The notes: generated from the sequence alone by a model not told the origin. 64,000 bases of DNA from Candidatus Saccharimonadia bacterium (GCA_041743505.1 JBGTMQ010000009.1:40012-104011), one strand, 5' to 3'; numbered from the stretch's first letter, positions 1 to 9,456 are shown. Program-made: numbers and translations.

Positions 1-668
1 CGCTTCTTCTGCTCCGGGTCAAACCGCCACCACGGCCGCTGGTACTTGTACTCGTCAACGTTATCAAGGTGGTAGAAAGGCGTCGCAATGGCCAGAACCG
101 GCCACAGCAATGACAGAGCCGCCTGGCCAAAGATGCCCCAGAAACGCCACACCTGCAGCACGTACCAAAGCGACTGGAACCGGTTGAGCCAAGCCAGCCG
201 GTCTTCAAACCAGACCTTGTCATCCGGCTTCGCCGGCATGTCAAGACCCCAGCTGTAGTAGAAGGCCACGTCGTGCCAGTACTTCGTCTGCAGGGGCTCA
301 CCAGTCTGTCGCTGATGGACCCGCCGGGCCACATACATGCCCCACATCTTACGCAGAGGTGCAGTTATGAAGCACAGGAAGGCGATGACCATATAGGCGA
401 AGACTGTGTTCCACACAATTTGTGCAGCGTAAAGCGCAGCGACCCCCAAAAACAGGGGCACCCCAAGCCACGGCACACTCACGCGACGGCGCTGCGCCTT
501 CTTGAGGTCGATTACAGGAGACTTCGACCTGCAGCGGACCGGATCCCAACGGACGTCACTGGCACGCAGTACAACCACGTAGTACCAGAGCAGATTGAGG
601 AATCCGCCACCAATAAAAATGATGGCCAGCCAGATCATTGGGAGACGTTCAATGAACGATTGCAACAT
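1..668 (-). CDS. Hypothetical membrane protein, runs off the window start (not in ORF track)
   Basis: Hand translation from ATG at 668: MLQSFIERLPMIWLAIIFIGGGFLNLLWYYVVV...WWRFDPEQKK, open to base 1; GGAGGG SD upstream; several hydrophobic segments. Confidence 0.75.
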   Translation of the reverse strand, partial: MLQSFIERLPMIWLAIIFIGGGFLNLLWYYVVVLRASDVRWDPVRCRSKSPVIDLKKAQRRRVSVPWLGVPLFLGVAALYAAQIVWNTVFAYMVIAFLCFITAPLRKMWGMYVARRVHQRQTGEPLQTKYWHDVAFYYSWGLDMPAKPDDKVWFEDRLAWLNRFQSLWYVLQVWRFWGIFGQAALSLLWPVLAIATPFYHLDNVDEYKYQRPWWRFDPEQKK

Positions 669-794
669 AACCATCCCTCCTAAGGGGAGTCGGAAATAAT
701 GCTGTATATCATATTAACACATAATGATTAGTTTGTAAAGAAAAAAGCCCCCGGCAAGCTGTCAGAGACGCTCACTAGGGGCAAAACCGCAAAA

Positions 795-1751
795 CTATTT
801 ATCAATCTCTCTTATTTTCCGGTGACTCAACCGCGAAATCTCGGCCATTACGGCGTCGCTAAATTCCTGGCGGTCAGCCGCCGTGGCATTATCAGACTGG
901 TAGGGCGGGTGGATCAGCCGGCCAAAGTGGATCTCGACACGGCACATCAGGCGCAACCACCCCTTCAGCGGCTTCACCTGTTCAGTGCCAATAAGCGCCA
1001 CCGGCAATACCGGTGTGCCAGTACGAAAAGCCATGTGAGCCATGCCATGCTTGGCCGGCAGCAAGTATTCATCCGGTGCGCAGCCACCTTCCGGAAACAC
1101 CCCCACCGCGCCATCTTGCTCCAGTACCAGCTCGCCGGCCTTAGCAGCCTCAACCGCCGCGTTGGATCCACGCGCCACCGGAATATGCCCCATCCAGCGA
1201 AGCAGGCGTCCAAAAACCGGAATCTTAAACAGCTCAGCCGCCGCCAAAAACGCCACGTCACGCCGCAGTGCGCCGAACACAAACAACGGATCACTAATCG
1301 ACTGATGGTTCGGACATATCAGCACCCGCCCGGAAGCCGGTACATTCTCGCGGCCGCTTACCGTTACACGAGTGAAAACCCGCATCCGTGCTCCCAGTGA
1401 AAGCCAAAGCCGGACAAAACCGACTACCAATCGCACACGCCGAAGTAGTGACCTTGCCTTCGGATTCTCCGCCTCCTTTGCAAGATGCTTCATTCGCCAG
1501 CTACGCAGCAGGATTCCAATACCGAGAAAAGCTAGCCAACCAAGCAGCTGGGCATAGACCAAAAGCGTATAAGAAGCTCCGGTCACTTGGTGTAAAAAAT
1601 CAGCCGTGAAATAAGCTGCCAGCATACACATGGCTACACTAAAGAGTAAAAGCAGCAATCGCGAAAATTGGGACTTTGGCAGGTCGCTAAAATGTAGTCC
1701 AAAAAAGACCACCCAAAATCCCACCGCAGCGCACAAGGTAGCTATCAACAT
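795..1751 (-). CDS. plsC: 1-acyl-sn-glycerol-3-phosphate acyltransferase family protein with extra N-terminal 3-TM domain
   Basis: NHQSISD (HX4D) and VFPEG acyltransferase motifs; ~90 aa hydrophobic N-terminal extension. Confidence 0.85.
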   Translation of the reverse strand: MLIATLCAAVGFWVVFFGLHFSDLPKSQFSRLLLLLFSVAMCMLAAYFTADFLHQVTGASYTLLVYAQLLGWLAFLGIGILLRSWRMKHLAKEAENPKARSLLRRVRLVVGFVRLWLSLGARMRVFTRVTVSGRENVPASGRVLICPNHQSISDPLFVFGALRRDVAFLAAAELFKIPVFGRLLRWMGHIPVARGSNAAVEAAKAGELVLEQDGAVGVFPEGGCAPDEYLLPAKHGMAHMAFRTGTPVLPVALIGTEQVKPLKGWLRLMCRVEIHFGRLIHPPYQSDNATAADRQEFSDAVMAEISRLSHRKIREIDK

Positions 1752-1844
1752 ATCAAGTCCCTAGCGGTCATCTCACGAGACGGTCTCGTGAAGCACTACA
1801 TACTATACTATAAATCGACGCATATGTCTGTACCGAATCAATGC

Positions 1845-1873
1845 TTGCGTTCGCTTATTGTTCGGTTTATAAT
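1845..1873 (+). promoter_or_regulatory. Sigma70-type promoter overlapped by GTTC-N7-GTTC repeat; leaderless transcript
   Basis: TTGCGT(1845)-17 nt-TATAAT(1868); GTTC 1849-1852 and 1860-1863; ATG at 1881. Confidence 0.7.
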
Positions 1874-1880
1874 CTGCCGT

Positions 1881-3296
1881 ATGCAGGGTGCTACTCAATT
1901 ACCGCTCGTCTTCGTCGACATTGAAACCACCGGCAGTAGTTACATCTACGGCCGGGTACTTGAAGTCGCCGCCATCAGAGTAGAGAACAACCGCGTTGTC
2001 GATGAGTTCTCAACCTTGTTAAATCCCATCGGCTATGTCCCTGAGCCTATTACCCGCCTCACCGGTATCACCAGCCAGGACGTCCAGGGCCAGCCGCAGT
2101 TTGAAGAAATAGCCGGCCGGCTGGCAGCCATCATGAACGGAGCTACTTTTGTAGCCCACAACGTCCGTTTCGATTATTCCTTTATCAAGCGCGAATTTGC
2201 CCGTCTTGAGCAAGACTTTTCGCCAAAGTTGTTGTGCACTGTCCGTTTGTCGCGCAGTCTGTTCCCACAATACCGGCAGCACAATCTTCAGGCGCTCATT
2301 GAGCGTCACCAACTCCAAGTCTCAGCCCGACACCGCGCGTACGAGGACGCTCTAGCTTTATGGCAGTTTTACCAGCTCGTGTTGCACGAATTTGATCTCG
2401 ACACCATTGAAAGCGCACTCAACCTGCAATACAAGCGCCAAACCTTGCCGTCCCACCTGAACGAGTCCGACATCCAGCGCCTACCGGACACACCGGGCGT
2501 GTATATCCTCGAGAGTGACGAGCCTACTCCGCTATACATAGGCAAGAGCGTCAACATTCGCCAACGAGTATTATCACATTTCAATAATGACCTTCAAAAA
2601 ACCAGCGAGCTCCAGATCAGCCAGGCCGTCCGCAACATCACCACCATCAAAACCACCGGCGAATTAGGTGCCTTACTCCTCGAATCACGGCTCATCAAAG
2701 AACAGCAGCCACTGCACAATAAACGTCTTCGGAGCATTTCCGAGCTCACTGCCATAACTGAAACCACCAATGCTACCGGATATTTCAGCGCCTCACTCGA
2801 GCAAGGCGGAAATATAGATACCACACTCGGGCTCTACCGCACCATGGGTGTAGCCAAACGCGCCATCGTTGCTTTAGCCGATGAGTACCGGCTTTGCAAA
2901 AAACTTTTAGGCGTGGAAAAAACCCAAGGAGCCTGTTTTGGCCACCAGCTCCATAAATGCGCCGGCGCCTGCATCGGCCAGGAACCCGTGGGTTTATACA
3001 ACACCCGGTTTAACCAAGCCTTTCAAGCCTCCCGCATCCAGCAGTGGCCCTACGACGGCGCCATCCTAATAACCGAGCGGCATCCATTTGTACCGGGAGC
3101 TACAGCCTACCTCATTAATAATTGGAGCCTTGTCGCCCAGATCGACGAAGACGAAAGCGGGGAAGTAGTCATCCGGGAACTAAACCAAGAGTTTGACCTG
3201 GATGCCTACAAAATCGTTTCCAGCTACCTTCGTTCGCCGGTAGCCCGCCGCACCGTCAAGCAGGTAAACGAAGCCGACGTGCTAGCCTTTGCCTAA
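1881..3296 (+). CDS. DnaQ-like 3'-5' exonuclease fused to GIY-YIG (UvrC/Cho-like) endonuclease
   Basis: VDIETTG, AHNVRFD, HRAYEDA DEDDh motifs; PGVY...LYIGKSVNIRQRV; Cys-rich segment; start moved from 1788 to the ATG 7 nt after TATAAT. Confidence 0.88.
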   Translation: MQGATQLPLVFVDIETTGSSYIYGRVLEVAAIRVENNRVVDEFSTLLNPIGYVPEPITRLTGITSQDVQGQPQFEEIAGRLAAIMNGATFVAHNVRFDYSFIKREFARLEQDFSPKLLCTVRLSRSLFPQYRQHNLQALIERHQLQVSARHRAYEDALALWQFYQLVLHEFDLDTIESALNLQYKRQTLPSHLNESDIQRLPDTPGVYILESDEPTPLYIGKSVNIRQRVLSHFNNDLQKTSELQISQAVRNITTIKTTGELGALLLESRLIKEQQPLHNKRLRSISELTAITETTNATGYFSASLEQGGNIDTTLGLYRTMGVAKRAIVALADEYRLCKKLLGVEKTQGACFGHQLHKCAGACIGQEPVGLYNTRFNQAFQASRIQQWPYDGAILITERHPFVPGATAYLINNWSLVAQIDEDESGEVVIRELNQEFDLDAYKIVSSYLRSPVARRTVKQVNEADVLAFA

Positions 3297-3321
3297 AAAA
3301 AGAGCCCCGCAAGCGGGGCTC
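3295..3321. terminator. Intrinsic terminator between convergent genes
   Basis: GAGCCCCGC-AA-GCGGGGCTC preceded by an A-tract (U-tract on minus strand). Confidence 0.75.
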
Positions 3322-3421
3322 CATCGAGCACTCTCTTGCGGAGCGGGCTGTATCAGCCAAGGGGAACATGAACGTAGTCGGCCCCGTTATCCCGGCGACA
3401 CAGTCGCCTCATCAACATAGA

Positions 3422-3718
3422 TTACTCCTTGCTCTCAAGCGCAGTCGAATTCCGGCGCTGCTTCCCGGCACGAACAGACCAACAAGCCCAAACAACTCCT
3501 CCAACCACCCAGAGTAGACCGCCGATGAGGAGAGCGTAGGACAAGCCGTCGTAGGAAATACCGGTCACGAGATGGACTCCGTAAGCGGTAAAGCAGGCGG
3601 CAGCGGTATAGGCTAGCACCATGAGCACAGGGTTACCTGCAGAAGTACTCAGATTCCGGAAGCAACAGAAGAAAGCTACCCAAAAGGCAGCCGCAAGAGC
3701 CAACATCACTACCCACAT
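3422..3718 (-). CDS. Small 3-TM membrane protein, paralog of the PlsC N-terminal domain
   Basis: FWVAFF...AACFTAYGVHLVTGISY aligns with FWVVFF...AAYFTADFLHQVTGASY; AGGGG SD and TATAAT promoter upstream. Confidence 0.75.
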   Translation of the reverse strand: MWVVMLALAAAFWVAFFCCFRNLSTSAGNPVLMVLAYTAAACFTAYGVHLVTGISYDGLSYALLIGGLLWVVGGVVWACWSVRAGKQRRNSTALESKE

Positions 3719-3897
3719 GTTAATCCCCTTGAGGTCACTCCAAAGGACAATCCCATGAAGATACTTATATTATACTATAGATACATGAAATTGTCCAGTA
3801 TGCACTATGCGTCGCTACAATTCGCTCCAAAGAAAAAGGCCCGGAGGCCGGCCAGCGCATAACACGCCAACCGGTCCCCGGGACCAAGTGTCTCGCA

Positions 3898-5514
3898 CTA
3901 CTTGTCCTCAGGACGCTTCGTCCAGATCTCCACGACGTTGCAGTGTCGGCGCGACAGCCTTACCCGAACGCCCCCATACGCTCCCTGAAGATTCTCGGAC
4001 AGGGTCTTGGGTGGGCTATCGGACTGGCCAGACCAGCCACCGCGCCTAATCGAACCGACAGCGGTACCTGGGTAACCGCGCTGCGGCAGCCAAGTGCGCC
4101 AGGCAATGCGCGACACATCTAGACGCATCTGGAGACCAGGCAGCACTTGCTGCCAGTTTTCGCCGAGTTCGAATTCGAGTGGCTGGACTGACCAGCCATC
4201 TTCATCGTACTTGGGCGATTCGGCCATCTGCACCGTCACCTCATTTTCCGTACCCCAACCTAGCCCCAAATTCCGGTCCGCGAAAGACACGCGAACTGCC
4301 GGAGTCAGGTCCTGGGTGGTACCGCTCTGGAAGTAGCCCAGTACGACCCAACCATGATCATCGGTGAATTGCTCCACCACATAGCGGTAGGAATCCTGAT
4401 AGTCATACCGGACCCTGAGCTTATCGCCCAAATAGGTCATGGTATCAGCCATCGCCAGGGTAGTAGGCGGACTCCAGTTGGCCGGCTCCTCAACCGGTTC
4501 GAATGTTCCGGTCTGAATCCAATAAGTCCCTTGCGAAGACATCATGAGGCGCATGGTTGGGGTAATGGAGACCCAATCCTGGATCACCTCGGGGATATCC
4601 CATGTGCTGCCACCAGGAGCCGTAACCCGAAGGCCGTAAATGTCACGGCTAGAACTACGGTACCCATCGCCACGAATGAACCGAAACGAGTACCCCTCTG
4701 ACAGGTTCTTGCGTTCCACCCAGAAGGCATCCTTCATCTCACCCCAGATGGGCTCGCATTCCAGCAGCAGCTGATAACTGGTAGCTTGACGGAATTCGAT
4801 CTTCCGTGGGTAGTCAGCTCCAACCCAAAACCGGGCCTGCAAACCAGGAGCAATTGTCCGCCAAGTACGGGTCGCGCGGAAGTACTTCGAGGTACTCCAC
4901 TCCAACTCTGGGAACAAGCGCGTTGCGCGCTGCACCAGAATGCCACTGTTATGGGGCGATCCCCGGTACCGGACAGCCCCACCCAGATACATCCAGTCGT
5001 CGCCCATCTTATCTTCCTTGCTCCAAGGCTCAGACCAGATGTGCTCCGGCTCGGGAGCATGAAGCGGCTGGCGCTTGGAAACAGTCAGCAGACGGTCACC
5101 TTCTTCAACAGACGTAGCCACCTGAATCCGCAGCTCCCGGGTAACCCGTCGCCACTGATCAGTACCTTCAAACTGCTCCACGGAGGACCACAAGCAGTCG
5201 TCATTGTGAGCATGCGACCGCTCGCAATCACGGCGAGTACGGACCTCAACACCACCGGGAATTACCCGCACCTCCATGTCACAGCCGGCGATACCGTCCA
5301 GAGGACGCCACGCCGGACCGGCGTACAGGCGGAACGGTACACCCCAGGGGGTCAAGTCATCCTGGAGTTGATGCAGCACACCAACCCATTGGGCAGCCAG
5401 GTCAGGATCTAGTCCAACTCTGACGAGATCGTCAGCGGTCAGGCCGGCGGTTGCCATCGTGGTATCAAACTGGTTTCCCTGGCCAATGGTGGCCAAATGC
5501 AGTCGCCTGGTCAT
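3898..5514 (-). CDS. Hypothetical Trp-rich protein with internal repeats
   Basis: 538 aa ORF; AAGGGAG SD, promoter and downstream hairpin; recurring W-x-x-[LIV]-x-P-x-[LVM]-[RQ] motif. Confidence 0.75.
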   Translation of the reverse strand: MTRRLHLATIGQGNQFDTTMATAGLTADDLVRVGLDPDLAAQWVGVLHQLQDDLTPWGVPFRLYAGPAWRPLDGIAGCDMEVRVIPGGVEVRTRRDCERSHAHNDDCLWSSVEQFEGTDQWRRVTRELRIQVATSVEEGDRLLTVSKRQPLHAPEPEHIWSEPWSKEDKMGDDWMYLGGAVRYRGSPHNSGILVQRATRLFPELEWSTSKYFRATRTWRTIAPGLQARFWVGADYPRKIEFRQATSYQLLLECEPIWGEMKDAFWVERKNLSEGYSFRFIRGDGYRSSSRDIYGLRVTAPGGSTWDIPEVIQDWVSITPTMRLMMSSQGTYWIQTGTFEPVEEPANWSPPTTLAMADTMTYLGDKLRVRYDYQDSYRYVVEQFTDDHGWVVLGYFQSGTTQDLTPAVRVSFADRNLGLGWGTENEVTVQMAESPKYDEDGWSVQPLEFELGENWQQVLPGLQMRLDVSRIAWRTWLPQRGYPGTAVGSIRRGGWSGQSDSPPKTLSENLQGAYGGVRVRLSRRHCNVVEIWTKRPEDK

Positions 5515-5684
5515 AGTGACTGGGCTCCCTTCAAACTTCCGTCGACTAGCCGGTTGGCTGGTCTTTGAGAACGGCTCGCTAGGACCAAGCTATTAGACCC
5601 AGTAAGCCGTTCTCAAAATTAGACAAGTAGTAGATTGTCAAAAGACATGCCCTATATGTTAGCATAAACGCCGCAAAAAGTCAA
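5515..5684 (-). promoter_or_regulatory. Promoter and ~135-nt structured 5' leader
   Basis: TTGACT(5684-5679)-17-TAACAT(5661-5656); long stem TTGAGAACGGCT/AGCCGTTCTCAA (5565-5616) and hairpin 5544-5563. Confidence 0.6.
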
Positions 5685-5790
5685 TATTTCACCCGTGATT
5701 AAAAATTGACACGATAGCAAGATAGTAGTATTATATGCAGCGACCAACCCATGATCTAGCCTTCAGTTAGAACCGATCAAAGGATGCGCT

Positions 5791-5967
5791 ATGAGTGATG
5801 ACATTGTGCCGGCCGACAACGAAGGGCCCCCTCCCCACAAACTCACTCGGGGTGAGGCCGCTGCTTTACTAGCAAAACTCTTCATGGAGAATGCCGACGC
5901 CGACAACAACGCCGCCAACAGCGATCTAATTGCGGAACTTCGTAAGCGCCAAAGAGACGAGTCGTAA
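5791..5967 (+). CDS. Small hypothetical protein, 58 aa (not in ORF track)
   Basis: MSDDIVPADNEGPPPHKLTRGEAAALLAKLFMEN...RQRDES; AAGGA SD, TTGACA/TATTAT promoter, hairpin plus T-tract downstream. Confidence 0.6.
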   Translation: MSDDIVPADNEGPPPHKLTRGEAAALLAKLFMENADADNNAANSDLIAELRKRQRDES

Positions 5968-6113
5968 ACCCCATCAACCTGCCACTCTGGCACCCAACCT
6001 CCGCTCATGACGGCTATCACTAACCGTCGTGGGCGACTTTTTATCAAAACCAAACGACAACCCGCGTGCAGTACAATAGAATCGGCCGCATATCCGCAGA
6101 GATTGGGAGCATC

Positions 6114-6601
6114 ATGACCCAATACGAACTGAGCCGGGACGGCTCCAAAAGCTACCGGCGCCTGACCATCGAGCAGGGTATCGACGATATCCGCCCACTG
6201 ATCGAACTTCAACGCCAGCTACGCAAGATCTGCAAATAGTGCTAGCCACCGGAGAAACAGCCATTACCGGCGACGTCACTATTTCGGGAACCCAGCTGGC
6301 GCTCTTTGGCTCAGCAAATCGCCCGGTCATTGTCGTGAAGCTATCTAGAGACATCGACTGGCTAAAACACCGGCAGCCGGTTATGGATGCGCTCACCCAG
6401 TTCCTGCTAACTTGCGGCATCAAACAGCCCCGGAAGTTCATGCGCACCAGCCCAAATCTCCGCTTCGGAACCGAAGAAGCCTATATGCCACACCTAACCC
6501 TCGGCACAGCACCCCGCGATACACCAATCGCAGCCGTCAAGTTTACATCCATCCCGATCATCCTCGGCCCAACCACCATCCGGGGCGCAATCCGGCAATA
6601 A
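6114..6601 (+). pseudogene. Split 2H phosphoesterase (ThpR/LigT-like) remnant
   Basis: SD-led ORF 6114-6239 (41 aa) stops where a second frame 6239-6601 begins; only the C-terminal YMPHLTLG HxT motif is present. Confidence 0.5.
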
Positions 6602-6627
6602 CCCAACTCGACACGAACAACCCCATG

Positions 6628-6667
6628 AGCCTCTAGTACGCATTTATTACTGCGTACTAGAGGCTTT
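6628..6667 (+). terminator. Hairpin terminator
   Basis: AGCCTCTAGTACGCA / TGCGTACTAGAGGCT perfect 15-bp stem. Confidence 0.75.
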
Positions 6668-6722
6668 AAGCTACAATCCAAATCCAGCGATCTGAATGCC
6701 TCGTGGTAAAATTACCCTCACT

Positions 6723-8930
6723 ATGAGAAAACTCTTACTTCTTCGCGGCCTGCCGGGCAGCGGCAAGAGCACTTTTTTGCGGGAAAGCGGTCTGGAGCCC
6801 TATACTCTTTCGGCCGATGGCTTGCGCATGTTCTACAGCGGCCCGGTCATGGAAGCAAATGGCCGTATGCGCATTGCCGCCGACCAGGACCGCACGGTAT
6901 GGCAACAATTACTGCAACTACTCGAAGACCGGATGCGGCGAGGAGAACTGGTAATAGTTGACGCAACCCACACCCATCCCCGGTCATTCCAGAACTATCA
7001 GCAAATTGCCAACCGGTATCGCTACCGGGTTATATGCGTCGATTTCGCCGACATGTCATTTGAGACTTGCGAAAAACGAAATATAAACCGCGAAGAGCAT
7101 AAGGTCGTACCACCGCACGAAATGAAGCGGCTAAATGATAATTTGCTACGTTCACGCTTGCCAAAGTGGATTACCCGGGTTTTACCAGAGGACCTTTTGC
7201 CAACATTGCAAATGGGACCACAAGATATCTCTCACTATAAAGCGGTTCATCACATTGGAGACATCCAAGGCTGCTATACGCCGCTCATGGACTACTTCAA
7301 GAAATACGGCCTCCAGGACGATGAACTCTATATCTTTGTCGGAGATTACCTGGACCGCGGCCCCCAAAACGCCGAGGTCATGACATGGCTATTGGAGAAT
7401 TACCATCGGCGCAATTTCATCTTTCTGGAAGGTAACCATGAGGCCCACCTCCGCGCCTGGGCTGGAGGCGGTAAGCCTCGTAGCCGTCAATTCACCGAAG
7501 CAACCCAGGTCGAACTTGAAGCTGCCGGCTTTTCAACTAAAAAAGTCCATGGCTTTCTCTACCAATTACGCGAAGCCTACTTCTATAACTTCCATGACCA
7601 CATCGTACTGGTAACTCATGGTGGTCTGGCTACGCTTCCCAAAAATCTGACGCTCGTTAGCTCGGCTCAACTTATTAAAGGTGCAGGTGTTTATGAAGAC
7701 GCTGACGCATGCGATACCACATTTGCCGCTACCGCCCCGGCCAATGCCTATCAAATCCATGGCCACCGTAACCGTTACGCCAGTCCCGCTCGGGTCAACG
7801 CCCACTGCTTCAACCTGGAAGGCAAGGTCGAATTTGGTGGCGAACTCCGCACTGTCACGCTAACCCCACAAGGCTTTAAAGAGCGTAGCGTAAAAAGCCT
7901 AATAGATGCTAGTAAAACAATTCTTGAGCCCATCGGCGATTTCTCCGGTGAAATCGAAAATGTCCAAATGCTCGTAGCCGACTTACGCGCCACCCCCGAA
8001 ATCTTGGAGAAACCCCAAACCGGCACCAACATTAGCTCTTTCAACTTTTCCCGCGACGTCTTTTACAAAAAAGCCTGGGACGAGCTCAATGTGCACGCCC
8101 GCGGCCTGTTTATAAATACCGCCCAAAACATAATCGTAGCCCGGTCGTACGAAAAATTCTTTAACCTTGGTGAGCGGCCCGAAACCCAACCCGACGTCCT
8201 AGGCCGTTCCCTAGCCTTTCCGGCTCACGCCTGGATTAAAGAAAATGGTTACTTGGGACTAGTCGGCTATAACCCCGAAACCAAAGAACTGGTGTTTGCG
8301 AGCAAAAGTTCGCTGACTAGCAATTTTGCTGGATGGCTACACCAGCAGTTTGACCAGCTAGCTCCAGCCGGGTCCAAAAACCGCAAAGAGATAACAGAGT
8401 ATCTAAGCCGCAACGACGGTAAGACATTGGTCTTTGAGGCCATCGAACCTCTCAATGACCCACACATTATCGAACACGATGGTCCTCCCTACCTGGTATT
8501 ACTGGACATTGTCAGCAATACCACCCGCTTTGAAGCCGAAAACGATAAAGAACGCCAGAAGATTGCTAAACTTCTTAACTGCCCGGCCAAACGCCAAGCC
8601 GCAATTCTCAAAAACACGGCCGGACTGGAGACTTGGCTGGAAACTGTGCGCGACATCAGTTACAAGCACAACGATCAATACATCGAGGGCTTTGTTCTCG
8701 AAGACGCACACGGCTTCAAAGTAAAGGTCAAACTGCCTTGGTATGCCTTTTGGAGACAAATGCGCACCCAGCTTGAGCGGCTGCAGTCAGGCAAGAAAAC
8801 ACAGCTGCCCACACCCGCAATCGATAATTCCCTGGCAGAGAAATTTCTGGCCTTTCTGGGAGATAAAACAACCACCGAGTTAAAAGCCACCAACATTATC
8901 GACTTGCGCCGGGAATTCTTTAACCAATAG
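6723..8930 (+). CDS. Trifunctional RNA repair enzyme: polynucleotide kinase + metallophosphoesterase + T4 Rnl1-like RNA ligase
   Basis: GLPGSGKS P-loop and VDATH; GDIQG, GDYLDRG, GNHE, HGG, HGH; ligase motifs KENG, SKS, VFE, EGFV, KVK. Confidence 0.88.
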   Translation: MRKLLLLRGLPGSGKSTFLRESGLEPYTLSADGLRMFYSGPVMEANGRMRIAADQDRTVWQQLLQLLEDRMRRGELVIVDATHTHPRSFQNYQQIANRYRYRVICVDFADMSFETCEKRNINREEHKVVPPHEMKRLNDNLLRSRLPKWITRVLPEDLLPTLQMGPQDISHYKAVHHIGDIQGCYTPLMDYFKKYGLQDDELYIFVGDYLDRGPQNAEVMTWLLENYHRRNFIFLEGNHEAHLRAWAGGGKPRSRQFTEATQVELEAAGFSTKKVHGFLYQLREAYFYNFHDHIVLVTHGGLATLPKNLTLVSSAQLIKGAGVYEDADACDTTFAATAPANAYQIHGHRNRYASPARVNAHCFNLEGKVEFGGELRTVTLTPQGFKERSVKSLIDASKTILEPIGDFSGEIENVQMLVADLRATPEILEKPQTGTNISSFNFSRDVFYKKAWDELNVHARGLFINTAQNIIVARSYEKFFNLGERPETQPDVLGRSLAFPAHAWIKENGYLGLVGYNPETKELVFASKSSLTSNFAGWLHQQFDQLAPAGSKNRKEITEYLSRNDGKTLVFEAIEPLNDPHIIEHDGPPYLVLLDIVSNTTRFEAENDKERQKIAKLLNCPAKRQAAILKNTAGLETWLETVRDISYKHNDQYIEGFVLEDAHGFKVKVKLPWYAFWRQMRTQLERLQSGKKTQLPTPAIDNSLAEKFLAFLGDKTTTELKATNIIDLRREFFNQ

Positions 8931-9087
8931 AGCCCTGAGTGGCCCGCCGTCCCTACTTAGAGAGACTGTATCTCCACCACTCAAATTTCAGACTTCTGTC
9001 GTCGTGTGTTTGCATTTAGAAACAAATTATGTTAAAATAACATTAAGCAACGGCCGCCTGACTCTCAGATAGAAGGAGCCCGCTACC

Positions 9088-9357
9088 ATGCTAGTACTTG
9101 CCATGCTGTCGGCTATGCCGCTAAACTTCGTTGAATCGCCAGTGCGAACCATTGTCATAAGCTTGATTTGGTTCGCCATCTTTGGCAGCACCGCCGTATA
9201 TCTTGACTACGATATGCGTAGAAAGTACGGCGGTTACAAAACCACAACTGAATCAGTCCTCTGCTGGAGTATTGTCGGCGGGCTTGGGCTAGTCGCTCTT
9301 GCCGGCCTCGTCAACGCCTTTTGGCCCATCATTCTAACCGCCTACACGGCTAGTTGA
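9088..9357 (+). CDS. Small membrane protein
   Basis: AAGGAG SD, TTGCAT/TAAAAT promoter, 2-3 hydrophobic segments, terminator follows. Confidence 0.7.
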   Translation: MLVLAMLSAMPLNFVESPVRTIVISLIWFAIFGSTAVYLDYDMRRKYGGYKTTTESVLCWSIVGGLGLVALAGLVNAFWPIILTAYTAS

Positions 9358-9390
9358 CCAAACCCAGCCTCAAACATATGTGAGCACACA

Positions 9391-9429
9391 AGGGCCCAAA
9401 CGCAGGCTGCGTTTGGGCCCTCATTTTTT
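9391..9429 (+). terminator. Intrinsic terminator
   Basis: AGGGCCCAAACGCAG / CTGCGTTTGGGCCCT then T-tract. Confidence 0.8.
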
Positions 9430-9456
9430 ATACCTCTATTCTGGTATTATGCCTTT

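Noticed and set aside
273-683. Plus-strand 136-aa ORF and the many other antisense or nested ORFs in the track
   Set aside because: Shadows of better-supported genes, lacking motifs or initiation signals.
3350-3418. 21-codon SD-led minus-strand ORF after the 98-aa membrane gene
   Set aside because: Too short and featureless; the SD may be incidental to the upstream coding end.
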